A DNA stretch of 63,892 nucleotides, filler included, from Reticulomyxa filosa (taxonomy: Eukaryota > Protista > Foraminifera), in NCBI GenBank assembly GCA_000512085.1. It is 20 parts of 20 records of this genome, joined end to end, with 100 filler letters (N's around TTAATTAATTAA, not from the genome) between each part and the next. Parts side by side here need not be neighbours in the genome. Positions count along the whole stretch, not along the records: positions 1 to 5,142 come from ASPP01013491.1; positions 5,243 to 7,169 come from ASPP01050324.1; positions 7,270 to 10,640 come from ASPP01005970.1; positions 10,741 to 12,325 come from ASPP01018515.1; 16 more parts are not named here. One strand, written 5' to 3'. Made by a program: the position numbers and the translations under genes. Numbering within the stretch: the stretch's first letter is position 1; each line of letters opens with the position of its first letter. Below, one piece after another: positions 1 through 11,059 of the stretch. The notes beneath the pieces were generated by a model. It saw only the letters and a list, made by a program, of their open reading frames with translations. It searched no databases and was not told where the DNA came from.

Positions 1-2
1 AA

Positions 3-515
3 TTGGGAGCTGAAGTTATGAGTTTCGAAAGAAGTCTATTATCTGTAGTAAATCTAGTAAAAGGGGCTTATGATGTCATCAATCCACACTTAACTTTAGA
101 GAATTTAAAAAATGCCTCTTATGGAGCAGTCGCAATAGGAGCAGCTTACTTAGTTGGTAAGGGTGTACAAAAAGCAGCTGAAGTTTACAAAGCTAGACAA
201 GATTTAGATGAAATTCCCGACGATCTTCAAAAGGCACTTGCTAAAGATACTCTTTTCCATAAATTCCAAAATCTAGTTAAGGATGTAAAAGATAAATTTG
301 CGAAATTAGCTGAAATACCAGATATCAATCCAGCAAATGTAGAAGTATTAAGCAGCATACTTACTCCTAGTATAAAATTAAGTACTGCTTCTGCAGCCTT
401 GTCAAGTGTAGCAAAAGAAGTTCATGGTATAACATCACCTGATATTTCAGGTCTACCAAAATTACCAGTCAAACTACAACACGACCATGATAAGCACCAG
501 ATTGGTAAAGGCTAA
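3..515 (+). CDS. Bacterial hypothetical protein, 5'-truncated
   Basis: Open frame from the contig edge with one hydrophobic helix (YGAVAIGAAYLVG). Its stop abuts the convergent glycosyltransferase stop. Confidence 0.6.
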   Translation: MGAEVMSFERSLLSVVNLVKGAYDVINPHLTLENLKNASYGAVAIGAAYLVGKGVQKAAEVYKARQDLDEIPDDLQKALAKDTLFHKFQNLVKDVKDKFAKLAEIPDINPANVEVLSSILTPSIKLSTASAALSSVAKEVHGITSPDISGLPKLPVKLQHDHDKHQIGKG

Positions 516-516
516 A

Positions 517-1797
517 TTATTGTATTATTGCTTTAGCTAATTCAGTGCTAAACTTTGCATAATTAAATTGATCTGCTTGCTTAATTGCTTCAGCCTTTAG
601 TTGGTTCCTAGCTTTCTCATCAAAATATATCCTATGCATAGCATCAATTAATAATCCTTTATCAATCGGTGATATTTTAATTCCAGTATTACCCATAACC
701 TCTGGTACAGAAGAAATATTAGAACCAATTATAGGGATGCCACACTTCATTGCCTCCAAAACAGGTAATCCAAATCCTTCATAAAGCGACATGAATACGA
801 ACGATAATGCAGCAGAATATATTGCAGGTAAAGCTTCATCATCTATAAACCCAGTCATAATTATCTTGTCTTTATACTGCTCTGCAGCATCTATAGCCGC
901 GAATATGTCATCAAAACCCCATCCTTTAGCACCAACTATACCTAAATATAAATCACTTAAATTATATGTTTTTATAAACTCTACAAATGCTGTGATAACA
1001 TGGGTAAAATTTTTTCTCGGATTAAGGCTTGAAAGCGTTAAAAAATATTTACCATTTTGGGGAATATTATATTTGTTTAAAACTTTTCCAATTGTAACCT
1101 GATCTGTAATAGGCTTGAATAGTTCAGCTACGCTCAAATAGACAACCTTGACTCGTTTCTCATCAATATCACTTCTAAATTTCAAAAAATCATTTTTGCT
1201 AGTATTCGAACAACATAATATAGTCATCTGATTATTAAAATGTTTAATCAAAACTTGATAGAATATTTTACCTACAAAGCTCACATACTCTGGAAATAAT
1301 AATGGGATCAAATCATGCAAAAAAATAACTTTTTTTATTGCAGATATTTTAAGAACCTGCTTTGGAATTGGGTGTTGCGGGGAAAAATAAACATCAAAAT
1401 AATCTTTATATTGTTTGGGTACAAAAGAAAATTTTATATTAAAAAAATCTATAATAAAACCGAATTGATAGGCAATTTTTTTAAAAATCTTTATCCTTTT
1501 TAGCACGCTTTTTCTAGCCAAATAGTCTATTAATTTTTTTAAATTTATTACTAACCTATTAGTAAGTGTATCGTTAATTGAAAGAATAAAATTTGCTTCA
1601 AATTGAGGTAAATTTTCTCGTAAATATTCTTTACAATCAGTAAAATTAAGCTGACTAGCAGTAAAATAAATTTTTGTTTCAGAAATATTGATTAGGATTT
1701 TTAACGCTTCTTCTGTGAATCTATATAGACCTGTTCTATCTGAAGTCGAAGCATATCCTCTTCCTAGTATGGAAATATCAAACAGTATTTTTTTCAT
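517..1797 (-). CDS. GT4-family glycosyltransferase (mannosyl/rhamnosyltransferase-like, surface polysaccharide synthesis)
   Basis: Motifs HDLIPL, RKN and SLYEGFGLPVLEAM (ExxxxxxxE). The ATG at 1797 overlaps the 3' end of wzt. Confidence 0.9.
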   Translation of the reverse strand: MKKILFDISILGRGYASTSDRTGLYRFTEEALKILINISETKIYFTASQLNFTDCKEYLRENLPQFEANFILSINDTLTNRLVINLKKLIDYLARKSVLKRIKIFKKIAYQFGFIIDFFNIKFSFVPKQYKDYFDVYFSPQHPIPKQVLKISAIKKVIFLHDLIPLLFPEYVSFVGKIFYQVLIKHFNNQMTILCCSNTSKNDFLKFRSDIDEKRVKVVYLSVAELFKPITDQVTIGKVLNKYNIPQNGKYFLTLSSLNPRKNFTHVITAFVEFIKTYNLSDLYLGIVGAKGWGFDDIFAAIDAAEQYKDKIIMTGFIDDEALPAIYSAALSFVFMSLYEGFGLPVLEAMKCGIPIIGSNISSVPEVMGNTGIKISPIDKGLLIDAMHRIYFDEKARNQLKAEAIKQADQFNYAKFSTELAKAIIQ

Positions 1798-2533
1798 CGA
1801 CCTTCTCAAGCTTTTTAGCAATATTCTCCATAGTATCTATTTCTAATATTTCTCCTCTCTGCATCAATATGCCTTTATTACAAAACTTTCTTAAAATAGC
1901 AAGATCATGAGAAGACATAACCATTATTTTAGATGTATCAATTAATTGTAAAGTTCGCTCCTTAGCTTTTTGAACAAAATCCATATCTCCAACACCAATC
2001 ATCTCATCCAAAATTAATATCTCAGGCTGAATACAAGTAGAAACAGCAAAAGCTAATCTAAGATACATACCAGAAGAATAAGTACGCATTGGCATAGAAA
2101 TATAATCATCTAGTTGAGAAAACTCGATAATCTCTTGCATTTTGCTTTTTATCTCATTGATTTTCATCCCCATAAATATTCCCCTAAGTATTATATTTTC
2201 TTCTCCCGTTGCTTCAGGATCCATTCCCATCTGGATATCAGTTAACGAGGATATTTTTCCTTCTATTTCAATAGAACCAGCAGTAGGTTCATAAACACCA
2301 GATAATACTCTTAATAAAGTGGTCTTCCCTGCTCCATTATTTCCAATCACTCCAACTCTATCGCCTTCTCTTAGCTCTAAATTAATATTAGACAAAGCTC
2401 TTATTACTGTAATATCATTTGTCGAATTTATTTTTCCACCAACCGTTCTTATAAAGTGTCCCCTAAAAGATCTAGCTTTGGCATTATAGATAGGAAAATC
2501 AATATTTACAGAATTAAGAACGATATGAGCCAT
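1778..2533 (-). CDS. wzt: Polysaccharide ABC exporter ATP-binding subunit (Wzt/RfbB type, no C-terminal CBM)
   Basis: Walker A GNNGAGKTT, signature YSSGMYLRLAF, Walker B ILILDE; directly downstream of the permease. Confidence 0.92.
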   Translation of the reverse strand: MAHIVLNSVNIDFPIYNAKARSFRGHFIRTVGGKINSTNDITVIRALSNINLELREGDRVGVIGNNGAGKTTLLRVLSGVYEPTAGSIEIEGKISSLTDIQMGMDPEATGEENIILRGIFMGMKINEIKSKMQEIIEFSQLDDYISMPMRTYSSGMYLRLAFAVSTCIQPEILILDEMIGVGDMDFVQKAKERTLQLIDTSKIMVMSSHDLAILRKFCNKGILMQRGEILEIDTMENIAKKLEKVDEKNTV

Positions 2534-2534
2534 A

Positions 2535-3344
2535 CTATAACCAACAAACTATACGATTTCTATATCGAGCAAACAATACTATAGTCACACTTATTCCTAG
2601 AAGTGTAACCAGAATAGCTAAGCCCCATAAGTGATTAGGAATTGTTTCGTTTAATAATGGATTGCGCACTAATGCGATAAATACATAAAACGGATTTAGC
2701 TCTAATAAATATCTTATATTTACTGGTATAAACTCTAGCTTCCATATAACAGGAGTAAAATAGAAAGCAATTTGCAATAGACTGGGAACTAAATTCTGCA
2801 AATCTCTAAACCTTGTACCTAAAATACCTAGAAATAAACTAATCCATATAGCATTTAATGTAATTAATAATATACCTATTATTGAAATACCAAAATTCAG
2901 TACAGATGGCAGACTATTGTAGTAATAATAAGGTATAAGTATCAAAGGAATGATAATTAAATTGTGAGCTAGAATGATAAAATTTTTACAAACGTTACTA
3001 TATGCAAAGATGCTTCTCGGTAGAGCAACTTGCTTCAAATAGCTATCAGCAGTGGTGAATATATTAGTACTGTCGGTTATAATAAATGAAATATATAACC
3101 AGATTATATTACCAATTGCTATATAAGGAATATAATCAAAGATTTGAGCTTTAAAGACTAACGACCAAATAATTCCCATTGCAGCAATATTTACAAAAGT
3201 AGCAATAGTCAGCCAAAATTGACCAATGGATGATCTTCTATACCTTTGTTTTATTAGAGTACTGCTTAACGTATACCATATACGCCAATATTTAAGGCCT
3301 TGTTTAACATCGTTAAAGGATTTTAAATAATTATCTCTTTTCAT
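2535..3344 (-). CDS. wzm: Polysaccharide ABC exporter permease (Wzm/RfbA type)
   Basis: RYRRSSIGQFW, RFRDL, FYFTPVIW and LNPF motifs; about six TM helices. Confidence 0.9.
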   Translation of the reverse strand: MKRDNYLKSFNDVKQGLKYWRIWYTLSSTLIKQRYRRSSIGQFWLTIATFVNIAAMGIIWSLVFKAQIFDYIPYIAIGNIIWLYISFIITDSTNIFTTADSYLKQVALPRSIFAYSNVCKNFIILAHNLIIIPLILIPYYYYNSLPSVLNFGISIIGILLITLNAIWISLFLGILGTRFRDLQNLVPSLLQIAFYFTPVIWKLEFIPVNIRYLLELNPFYVFIALVRNPLLNETIPNHLWGLAILVTLLGISVTIVLFARYRNRIVCWL

Positions 3345-3416
3345 GAAGTAAGCTTATATTTAAGCCAGTATATTTGTTAAAAATGACTAAAATGTCAATA
3401 TTCTTAAGCGAAACTA

Positions 3417-4847
3417 TCAGCTTTTTTTAGCTCTGCCGTAATCATCATCATACCTTACAATATCATCTTCTCCAAAATAAGTACCAGTTTGAACTTCAAT
3501 AATATGCAATTCTTCGTGATGTTTATTTTCCAGTCTGTGTAATTCTTCCGCATTTATATAGGTAGATTGATTACTCTTCAACTTGAAAACTTTATTTTCC
3601 ACAGTTACTGTTGCAATTCCCTGCACTACTACCCAATGTTCAGATCTATGCTTATGGCTTTGTAAGGAAAGTTTTTGTCCAGGTTTGACTATAATTCTTT
3701 TTACTTTAAATTGGGGGTCATCAGCATAAACTTCATATTTCCCCCAAGGTCTGGGAACTAAAGTATCAATATTAACTTCCTCTCTTTTTTGATCCTCGAT
3801 ATAATTTACTAAATTTTTAACATCCTGAGCTCTTGATTTAGGCATAATCAATGTAGCATTACCTGTTTTTATCACTATCAAGTCTCTAATTCCAACAACA
3901 GCAAGCAAACTTTGTGTTTGAGAAAATATATAAGAATTTTCACAATCCTTGGATATTATATCCCCTATACATACATTATTCTCTTTGTCCTTTTCATTTA
4001 AGCTCCATACCATATCCCATGAACCGATATCAGTCCAGCCAATATAATCTCTAATCACATAACCCTTATCGGTATGTTCCATAATTGCATAGTCAATAGA
4101 ATCATTAGGACTATTAGCAAAAAATTCAGGGTTGATCACAATTTCATTATCGTTGATAGAAGAGTTGTTTAAAGTTTCAAAACAAACTGAAAAGATATCA
4201 GGTCGATATTTTTTTAATTCTTCTAAATATATTTTAGCTTTAACAATAAAGATCCCACTATTCCAAGAATAATTACCATTAGCAATATAAGACTTGGCTT
4301 TTTCCAAATTTGGTTTTTCAACGAATTGTTTAATCTTATAGATATTATTTTCACTATCGGTCATCTCTCCTTGTTCAATATAACCATATCCGATTTCAGG
4401 AGAAGTTGGATGCATGCCAAAGGTTACTATTTTATCTTGAAAAGCATATTCACTTGCAAGATTAATTAATTTTAGGAATTGATCTTTATTAGCAATATAG
4501 TGATCGGCAGGTAATAATAACATTATAGCTTCAGGATCTTTTTTGATTAGATCAAAAGCGGCAAGAGCTGCAGCAGGAGCAGTGTTTCTTGATAATGGTT
4601 CACAGATCAAATTAGGGTTTGTTAAATTAATTTCATGTAGATGTTGTTTGATTAAAAATTTGTGTTCTGCATTAGTCAAAACATATAGGTTTTTAAAATT
4701 ATTTATTTCATTTATACGCAAGATTGTTTCCTGAAGAAGACTATGGTGATTTATTAACTTAAGAAATTGTTTAGGATGAGTTTTTCTTGATAATGGCCAT
4801 AATCTTGAACCAAACCCTCCACAAAGTATCACTGGGTATATATTCAT
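3417..4847 (-). CDS. manC: Mannose-1-phosphate guanylyltransferase / mannose-6-phosphate isomerase
   Basis: GGFGSRLWPLSR, PKQF, RNTAPA, FVEKP, WNSGIF, DIGSW; C-terminal cupin RPWG...SLQSHKHRSEHW. Confidence 0.95.
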   Translation of the reverse strand: MNIYPVILCGGFGSRLWPLSRKTHPKQFLKLINHHSLLQETILRINEINNFKNLYVLTNAEHKFLIKQHLHEINLTNPNLICEPLSRNTAPAAALAAFDLIKKDPEAIMLLLPADHYIANKDQFLKLINLASEYAFQDKIVTFGMHPTSPEIGYGYIEQGEMTDSENNIYKIKQFVEKPNLEKAKSYIANGNYSWNSGIFIVKAKIYLEELKKYRPDIFSVCFETLNNSSINDNEIVINPEFFANSPNDSIDYAIMEHTDKGYVIRDYIGWTDIGSWDMVWSLNEKDKENNVCIGDIISKDCENSYIFSQTQSLLAVVGIRDLIVIKTGNATLIMPKSRAQDVKNLVNYIEDQKREEVNIDTLVPRPWGKYEVYADDPQFKVKRIIVKPGQKLSLQSHKHRSEHWVVVQGIATVTVENKVFKLKSNQSTYINAEELHRLENKHHEELHIIEVQTGTYFGEDDIVRYDDDYGRAKKS

Positions 4848-5142
4848 TATTTATCCTTAATTTCACACATTTAAATTATTGATAGATTCTTTTATTATGT
4901 TTTAGGGATAAATAATATAATAATTTTCTTAAATTTACTTGAAAAACTATAAATCTGGATTATGGGTATCACCGTCATGCAAATTTAACCCGCATTCAGC
5001 ATAATAACTAAGATCCAACTCTACTTCAACTTGATAAGGGATTTGTCCTCAACTTGATAAGGGATTTGTCCTTTAATCAATGTTAAAGCATTAAAATCTG
5101 GAGAGTCTTTACCTAAAGATAGATATGATTTTTGCTTGAAAA

Positions 5143-5242
5143 NNNNNNNNNNNNNNNNNNNNNNNNNNNNNNNNNNNNNNNNNNNNTTAATTAATTAANN
5201 NNNNNNNNNNNNNNNNNNNNNNNNNNNNNNNNNNNNNNNNNN
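5143..5242. other. Artificial contig-joining spacer (first of 19)
   Basis: 44 N + TTAATTAATTAA (stops in all six frames) + 44 N. The other spacers start at 7170, 10641, 12326, 13536, 15452, 21402, 24233, 27046, 31799, 33462, 38993, 42799, 45427, 47177, 50707, 52649, 53836 and 55907. Confidence 0.98.
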
Positions 5243-7000
5243 TAGTGCACAACTCCTGTTTTGTTTCCCAAGACTCGAACTCGATCTCGATCGCCGATAG
5301 CCACGTCAACCAAATTCACCAACATGCTTTTTTGCGCATCCATATCCGGCTTTGTTATCTTTGTCTCCGTCTTCATCTTCATCATTTTCTCGTTCTTTGT
5401 CTTCACTTGCTTTTTTGATATCGTCCAAAAATATTTCGTCATTGCTTCCGTTCACTGATCGAATATCTTGCAAAGTTGGAGGGGATGTTTCCAAATGGTG
5501 CAACTCTTATTTGAATTGGTCTCGACTTGGTCTTTGTGCAATAATTCTTTGTTGCCAAGTGTTTGTTATACTTTCCTCTCATTCTTCGATTGTTTCAATG
5601 CAGTCATACACAATGGATATTTTCTAAATACCAACTTCATTTGCTATCGTCACACTTGTAATGAGATACCCGCTTTGACCTTGGATGACTGCCGTTATTG
5701 GAAATTCTTGCATCCATCAACATACTTCCATTTAACAATTTTTGGGTTGACGATCCGATTATTGAAGGTATCATTTGTATTTACTTTTTTTTTAACGTAT
5801 TCGCTGTCGTTCTTCTTGCTTGCTTTCTTGAGTGTCAAAGCAACAGAAACTTGTGTCCACATACGTTGATGATAAACAAATCCTTTGCAATACTTCGGGT
5901 TACCGCTGCAAGACATTGACATATTCCGTTCAACATTTTCCATTGGAACGCACTATGTGAAGTAGTATACGTCCGAGAATGGCGATTTTGCGTGTTTTCA
6001 AGCACAAAAAAGCGATTCCATAACCAAAGTTAATAAAACCAGTCAACTACTTGTCGTTTTTTTTTTCTTTTTAAACAAATCATCCTCCTCCCCCTACTCT
6101 TCCTGTTCTTGCTTGACGGTGTCCTGTGAGTTTCGAACTAAATTGAACCACTCTTGCACCATAATGTCCACATCGTTTTTACATTGCACTATATTACAGT
6201 TTTCTTTTTTTCTTATTGGTGAGCTTGCGTTCATATTTGGCGGCACCAAGGTCTAGATATTGTCTGCGATTGATCGAGAGAATCTTGTCAACTGTTCCAA
6301 CTACATAGCGCGATGTTTTTTAACTACAAGTTCATCTTCTCTTGTCGCCGTTATGATGGGAAACATACTTTGGCCTAATTGAATGGACGTAAGCATTCGC
6401 AATTATGGACTGTATAATTTCCATATTTCGTTTTACTATTAGACATATTCGTTTCCGCTTTTTTCTTGCTTTTGATTGCCACTTAACATGTCGTCCGTAG
6501 TTTCCGGATGCAGTTCTGCAAAGATAATATGCTCTTGCTCGGCAAATGCAAGGCACAAAACTCTTGAGGCGATTGACTCGGAAAATGCAACAAAGCCATA
6601 TATATCTTTCTTCACCGACAAACGCGCTCAATGTTCCGCGAGTTCAAAATTTCTCCCATCAATGTATGCAAGATTTAAAATTCAAAGTTGTGAATTTGTG
6701 CACACGTACGACCAGTTTCGACACAGGCTCAATCTGTGCATTCCGATTATTGTCTTGCGTTTATAAAATTGCCATTTCTATAACGACCGATTTTCTCTTA
6801 CTCGTTGGCTCCGGTAGATCACACTTGGACACAATCTTTGCGGATAATTTTTGGCATGGCAAAGCACCAAAGGCTTGTGTCTGCCAATGTTGACGGCAAA
6901 CAAGTCCTTTCAAATACTTCAGGTAGCACTTTCCATATTCGTTCAGCACTTTCGCGAGTGACAACTCTGCGCATTTCTAGGCATAAAAAAGCATGTTCAT
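5243..7000 (-). pseudogene. Degenerate eukaryotic coding remnant; ends in a possible CAP-Gly start
   Basis: Short protein-like fragments in shifting frames with stops. IGDRDRVRVLGNKTGVVH at the contig edge resembles the start of a CAP-Gly domain. Confidence 0.25.
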
Positions 7001-7299
7001 AAAGTCAATTTCAATAAAGCATGTCTACTGGTTTTATTTTGTTTTATTCTATTTTTAAACAAATTTAACTATATAATTTCCTGGTGCTTGTGAGTTTCGT
7101 AGTCTAAATTGAACCACTCTTACATGTGATGATTCTCTCGATACAGTGGTTTGATCGCTGTCCATGTATNNNNNNNNNNNNNNNNNNNNNNNNNNNNNNN
7201 NNNNNNNNNNNNNTTAATTAATTAANNNNNNNNNNNNNNNNNNNNNNNNNNNNNNNNNNNNNNNNNNNNTTTTTTTTTTATTTTTTTAAAAATCATCAT

Positions 7300-10200
7300 A
7301 AATATATGTATATGTGTATGTACATATACCCAAAACAAAAATAAACAAACAAAATTTGGTTAATTTTCGTTTGCTTCAAAACTGCTTGATTTTGTTGTTT
7401 TGGGAGAGTACCAACGGACGAAACGGATGGCTTTGGCGGTGGATTGTAGTTCTTTTGATTGGACAGGGAGGAAGTGAATTGCGAGGAATTGGAGCGAGGA
7501 ACAGTCTTCACAAACGATTGCAATTGCTGAATGGGGAGATATTTCTCTTGATCCAATTTTTGCTTTAATTTTTGAAGTGCAATGCTAATGTCACTTTGTT
7601 GAATTGACTGGTCACCGTTGATCAACGTCGTGTCTTTGTCCTTTGTCTTTGGCGCTGGCAATGTTTCCGACTGCCACTGTTTGTATTCGTCATTTTCGGA
7701 CGCCTTTGTATTATTTCAAGGGGAGAGAATCCATTTTATTATTATTATTATTATTATGGACATTTATGTGATAACAAAGAGATAGCAACAAAAAAACCAA
7801 GTAACTTTGTCTTTGTGTAGCTTGGAGTGGACAGGAGTGACAGATGTGTACGAAAACGTTGTATTGGACGATGGAGCTACGGTTGCGCTGGCTTGGCCAT
7901 TTGGTTGTTTATTAGAAGACGGTGCAGTGAACAGATCCTTCGACCACATGTCTTTGGAAGATAGGGACGACCCTGTTATTTTTTTGTATGTTTGTTTGTT
8001 TGAGACTCCATTTTTTTTTTTTTTTAAATTTTTTTTATTTTATTTTTATGTTTGCGATACGTAACGTTGAGAAGAAGACGGAGCCGAGGCTGATGACTTT
8101 CTCTTCCTTTGTAAGTGTTCCTGGTCCTGTCTTCTTTTTCCCTCTTCGAGCTGCCGATTGAAATAGGAACGCCTCGGCGTGGACTGGTGCACCGAGAATT
8201 TGTTGCTTCTGATACCCAGCTGCGAAAAGTCTTCGGACAAGTCGTCCAGCTCAAAGTCTTGGCGAGTGAGATCGGGAATGACCATGTCTTGTCCGTTTTG
8301 ACTATTGTGATGATCGGGGATATCCGAATCGGACAGAGTTGGATCTTGTTCGTCATCCGAGTCATTCCAATGGATATGTGGTTTAATGTTTGCCAGCCAT
8401 TCACGATGCTTTCGATAGACTTTGAGGAATTGATCCGTGATGCTGTCAGTGGCCAACAAGACTGACATGGGTGAAAGTTCTTCCTCTTCTTTTTCTTCCT
8501 CATCTTCTTTTTTTTTCGTGTCATTATGCGCGCTCTCGTCTTCGATAAAGGTTTGCAGTCCTTGATACTCGCGTTTTACCCGGTCGTGAGTTTGTTTGAC
8601 GGACGCAAAAATTTTCTGCTCTTCTTGAGCAAGCGGCATTCGCTTTCGAAACGCTATGAATTCGGAATCTCCAATCGTTGCCATAAACGATTGCATGGTA
8701 ATGGCATCCCAACTACTCTTGTTCAAGTCGTTCTGAAACTGGTCCAACTTGCTTGCGCCTTTGCTCTTGGCGTTGTCCACGTCACTCGTGAATTGACTGC
8801 TCTTCTTAATGTTGCCCAAACCTGTGTGCAATGACTCCAGTTCTCGATCCAATTTGGAAAAGTATGTGTCATTCAACATCGTGGCTTGTCGTTTCTTCTC
8901 CACCATGTTGCCCAATTCGCGCAGCGACTCCAACTGAAAGGTCACCATCTTGGATGTGTTGTACAGCTCATAGTTGAAGTGATCGCCGGGCACGTTTCGA
9001 TCAAACATGCTCGACTTTAACTCGGTCGGCCTTGCCACGGGTTCGGCCACGTTGGTTCTCTCATTCTTCTTTTCCATCGGCTTTTCCGCTGGACGTTTAC
9101 TTGCGTCTAGTCCCGGTTGCTGCAAAGCCCCAGGTTTGTTGGCCTTGTTGTCCAACTGAGAGTTTGGCGGATTCCCAAAGCCTGTTGAAAATGTATAAAT
9201 GAATTAATTAAATATCTTATATATGTTTATGTATATCAAAGAATGATAATTAGCAAAACTTTGAATGTGTTTGTCTTTTTGCTCCGACTCGTCCACATCC
9301 ATCGTACTGCTGTCATCCTCTTCTTCTTCTTCTTCTTCTTCTTCTTCTTCTTCTTCTTCATCGTCGTCCTCTTCTACGTCTTCGTCCTCGTCTTCGTTTT
9401 CATCTTCCTCCTCATTTTCAGTTTTGGACTCGCCATTCTTTGCGTCGCTCTTGTGAATAGGCTTCCACATGCTCTTGGATAGATCGTCGATGCCATTCGA
9501 AGCCTTTTTGGTGTCCGCAGGTTTGGGGACGACGAGTGTTTTTTTGGGATCGTCGGCAGGAGGTGGGTTCCAATTCGTCACTTGCTCGATGGGGAAAATA
9601 GACTTGTCGTGCACAGGGACGTTGAAGTGCTGGCAAGCACTGAGATAAAGTTGGTGCAGTGTTTGGATGGTTGTCGCCTGTCGATTCACCAACAAGGCGA
9701 TATTGCCAACATTTTGTGGGGCATGCTCTTGATAGATTTTCGTGAGAAGATGTTGGTAAAACTGTTTGTATTTGGATTGAATAGCTTCTGCGCTCAGTTC
9801 GACTTTGGCATGAGAGAGAGCAGCGGGTTGTGTAAGGGATTTGTCTGTCGATGCTTTTATAGAAGAAGAAGATGATGATGAAACAGCAGGAAGACTAGGA
9901 ACAGACGCAGGAGCAGGACGAGGAGGAGGGGGAAGGGGAAGGACAGCAATATCTTTCACCATTAAAGGAAAGGGTGAATTAGGATTATACAAACCATCAG
10001 GAGGGAACAACCAACAACAATACATATTGTACTGCTCGGACACGATGAAAATGACAGGGAGTGGGGAGGCATCGAATTCTCCGGTTTCGACGTTGGGAGT
10101 GGCGATTTGATTGGTATAATCAATGGCCATGCTACTGAGTTTGGCATTGTCCCATTCGGAGACGCGAAAGTTGAAAATGTTGTCTTCTTTCAGGATATTC

Positions 10201-10602
10201 CGAGAAGGTCCATGCAAGCACAATCCGAAATCTTGTTGTTGATAGGTGACAATGATCATATCCAAAAAAGAGACAAAGCAAATATCAAAGCAGCAATTGC
10301 GAATACTTTGAAACACGTCATTGTTTTTGGCAATGCTACCAAGCATGCCATAAAAATTTTGTTTCACGACTTTGTCTTGAGGAGCATTGGTTAGGATTGG
10401 GTTCATGTCCAATACACATAGATTGATTTCATATCGTTCTTCTTCTTCTTCTATTCTTTTGGTCCACTTTCACCCTCTTTTTCTTTGTTGGGTACCATGA
10501 TTCGTCCATAGATCAATACCAGTTCATTGGTTTCAAGCCATTTCATGTGCAAAGGTAACATTTCTTTGATCTTGACACTTGCCAATGCCCCACTGTTCTT
10601 GT

Positions 10603-10603
<1 letters not shown>
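7300..10603 (-). CDS. NUP214: Nucleoporin Nup214/Nup159-like, multi-exon, partial
   Basis: SMAIDYTNQI...PLPVIFIVS matches the recalled end of the Nup214 beta-propeller (VDYTNQV...PAPVLMLLS). It is followed by Pro/Ser and acidic linkers and a coiled-coil exon (about 8060-9181). GT-AG introns lie near 9182-9245, 7974-8060 and 7704-7803, and there is a probable frameshift near 10460. Confidence 0.6.
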
Positions 10604-10640
<37 letters not shown>

Positions 10641-10740
10641 NNNNNNNNNNNNNNNNNNNNNNNNNNNNNNNNNNNNNNNNNNNNTTAATTAATTAANNNN
10701 NNNNNNNNNNNNNNNNNNNNNNNNNNNNNNNNNNNNNNNN

Positions 10741-11033
10741 TAGTGTTCCAGCAATTCTTTTTCAGTGCCCAGACTGAACTCGTGTTTCACCTTGCCCAGG
10801 TTTTTCACCATGAAGCGGATGGTTTCGCCTTGCTTCACCGTGATCAGCGGCGCGGAGAAACGCATGTTGTCGGACATGTCTACCTGAATGGTGCGGTTGA
10901 CGTTGGTAGCCTTGCCCGGTAGGCCAATAGCGGATTCTTCATGGCCGCCGGCGTGGGTGCCACCGGCAAAGGCCGAGGTAATACCCAGGCTAGTCAACAG
11001 GGTAATAGCGAGAAGGTGGTGGGTGGTTTTCAT
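10741..11033 (-). CDS. Periplasmic cupredoxin/plastocyanin-like copper-binding protein, 3'-truncated (bacterial)
   Basis: Signal peptide, His-rich GGTHAGGH, DMSDNMRF...VKQGETIRF...HEF; downstream of the copper oxidase. Confidence 0.85.
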
Positions 11034-11059
11034 GCAGCGCTTTCCTGATAGTGGTGTGG

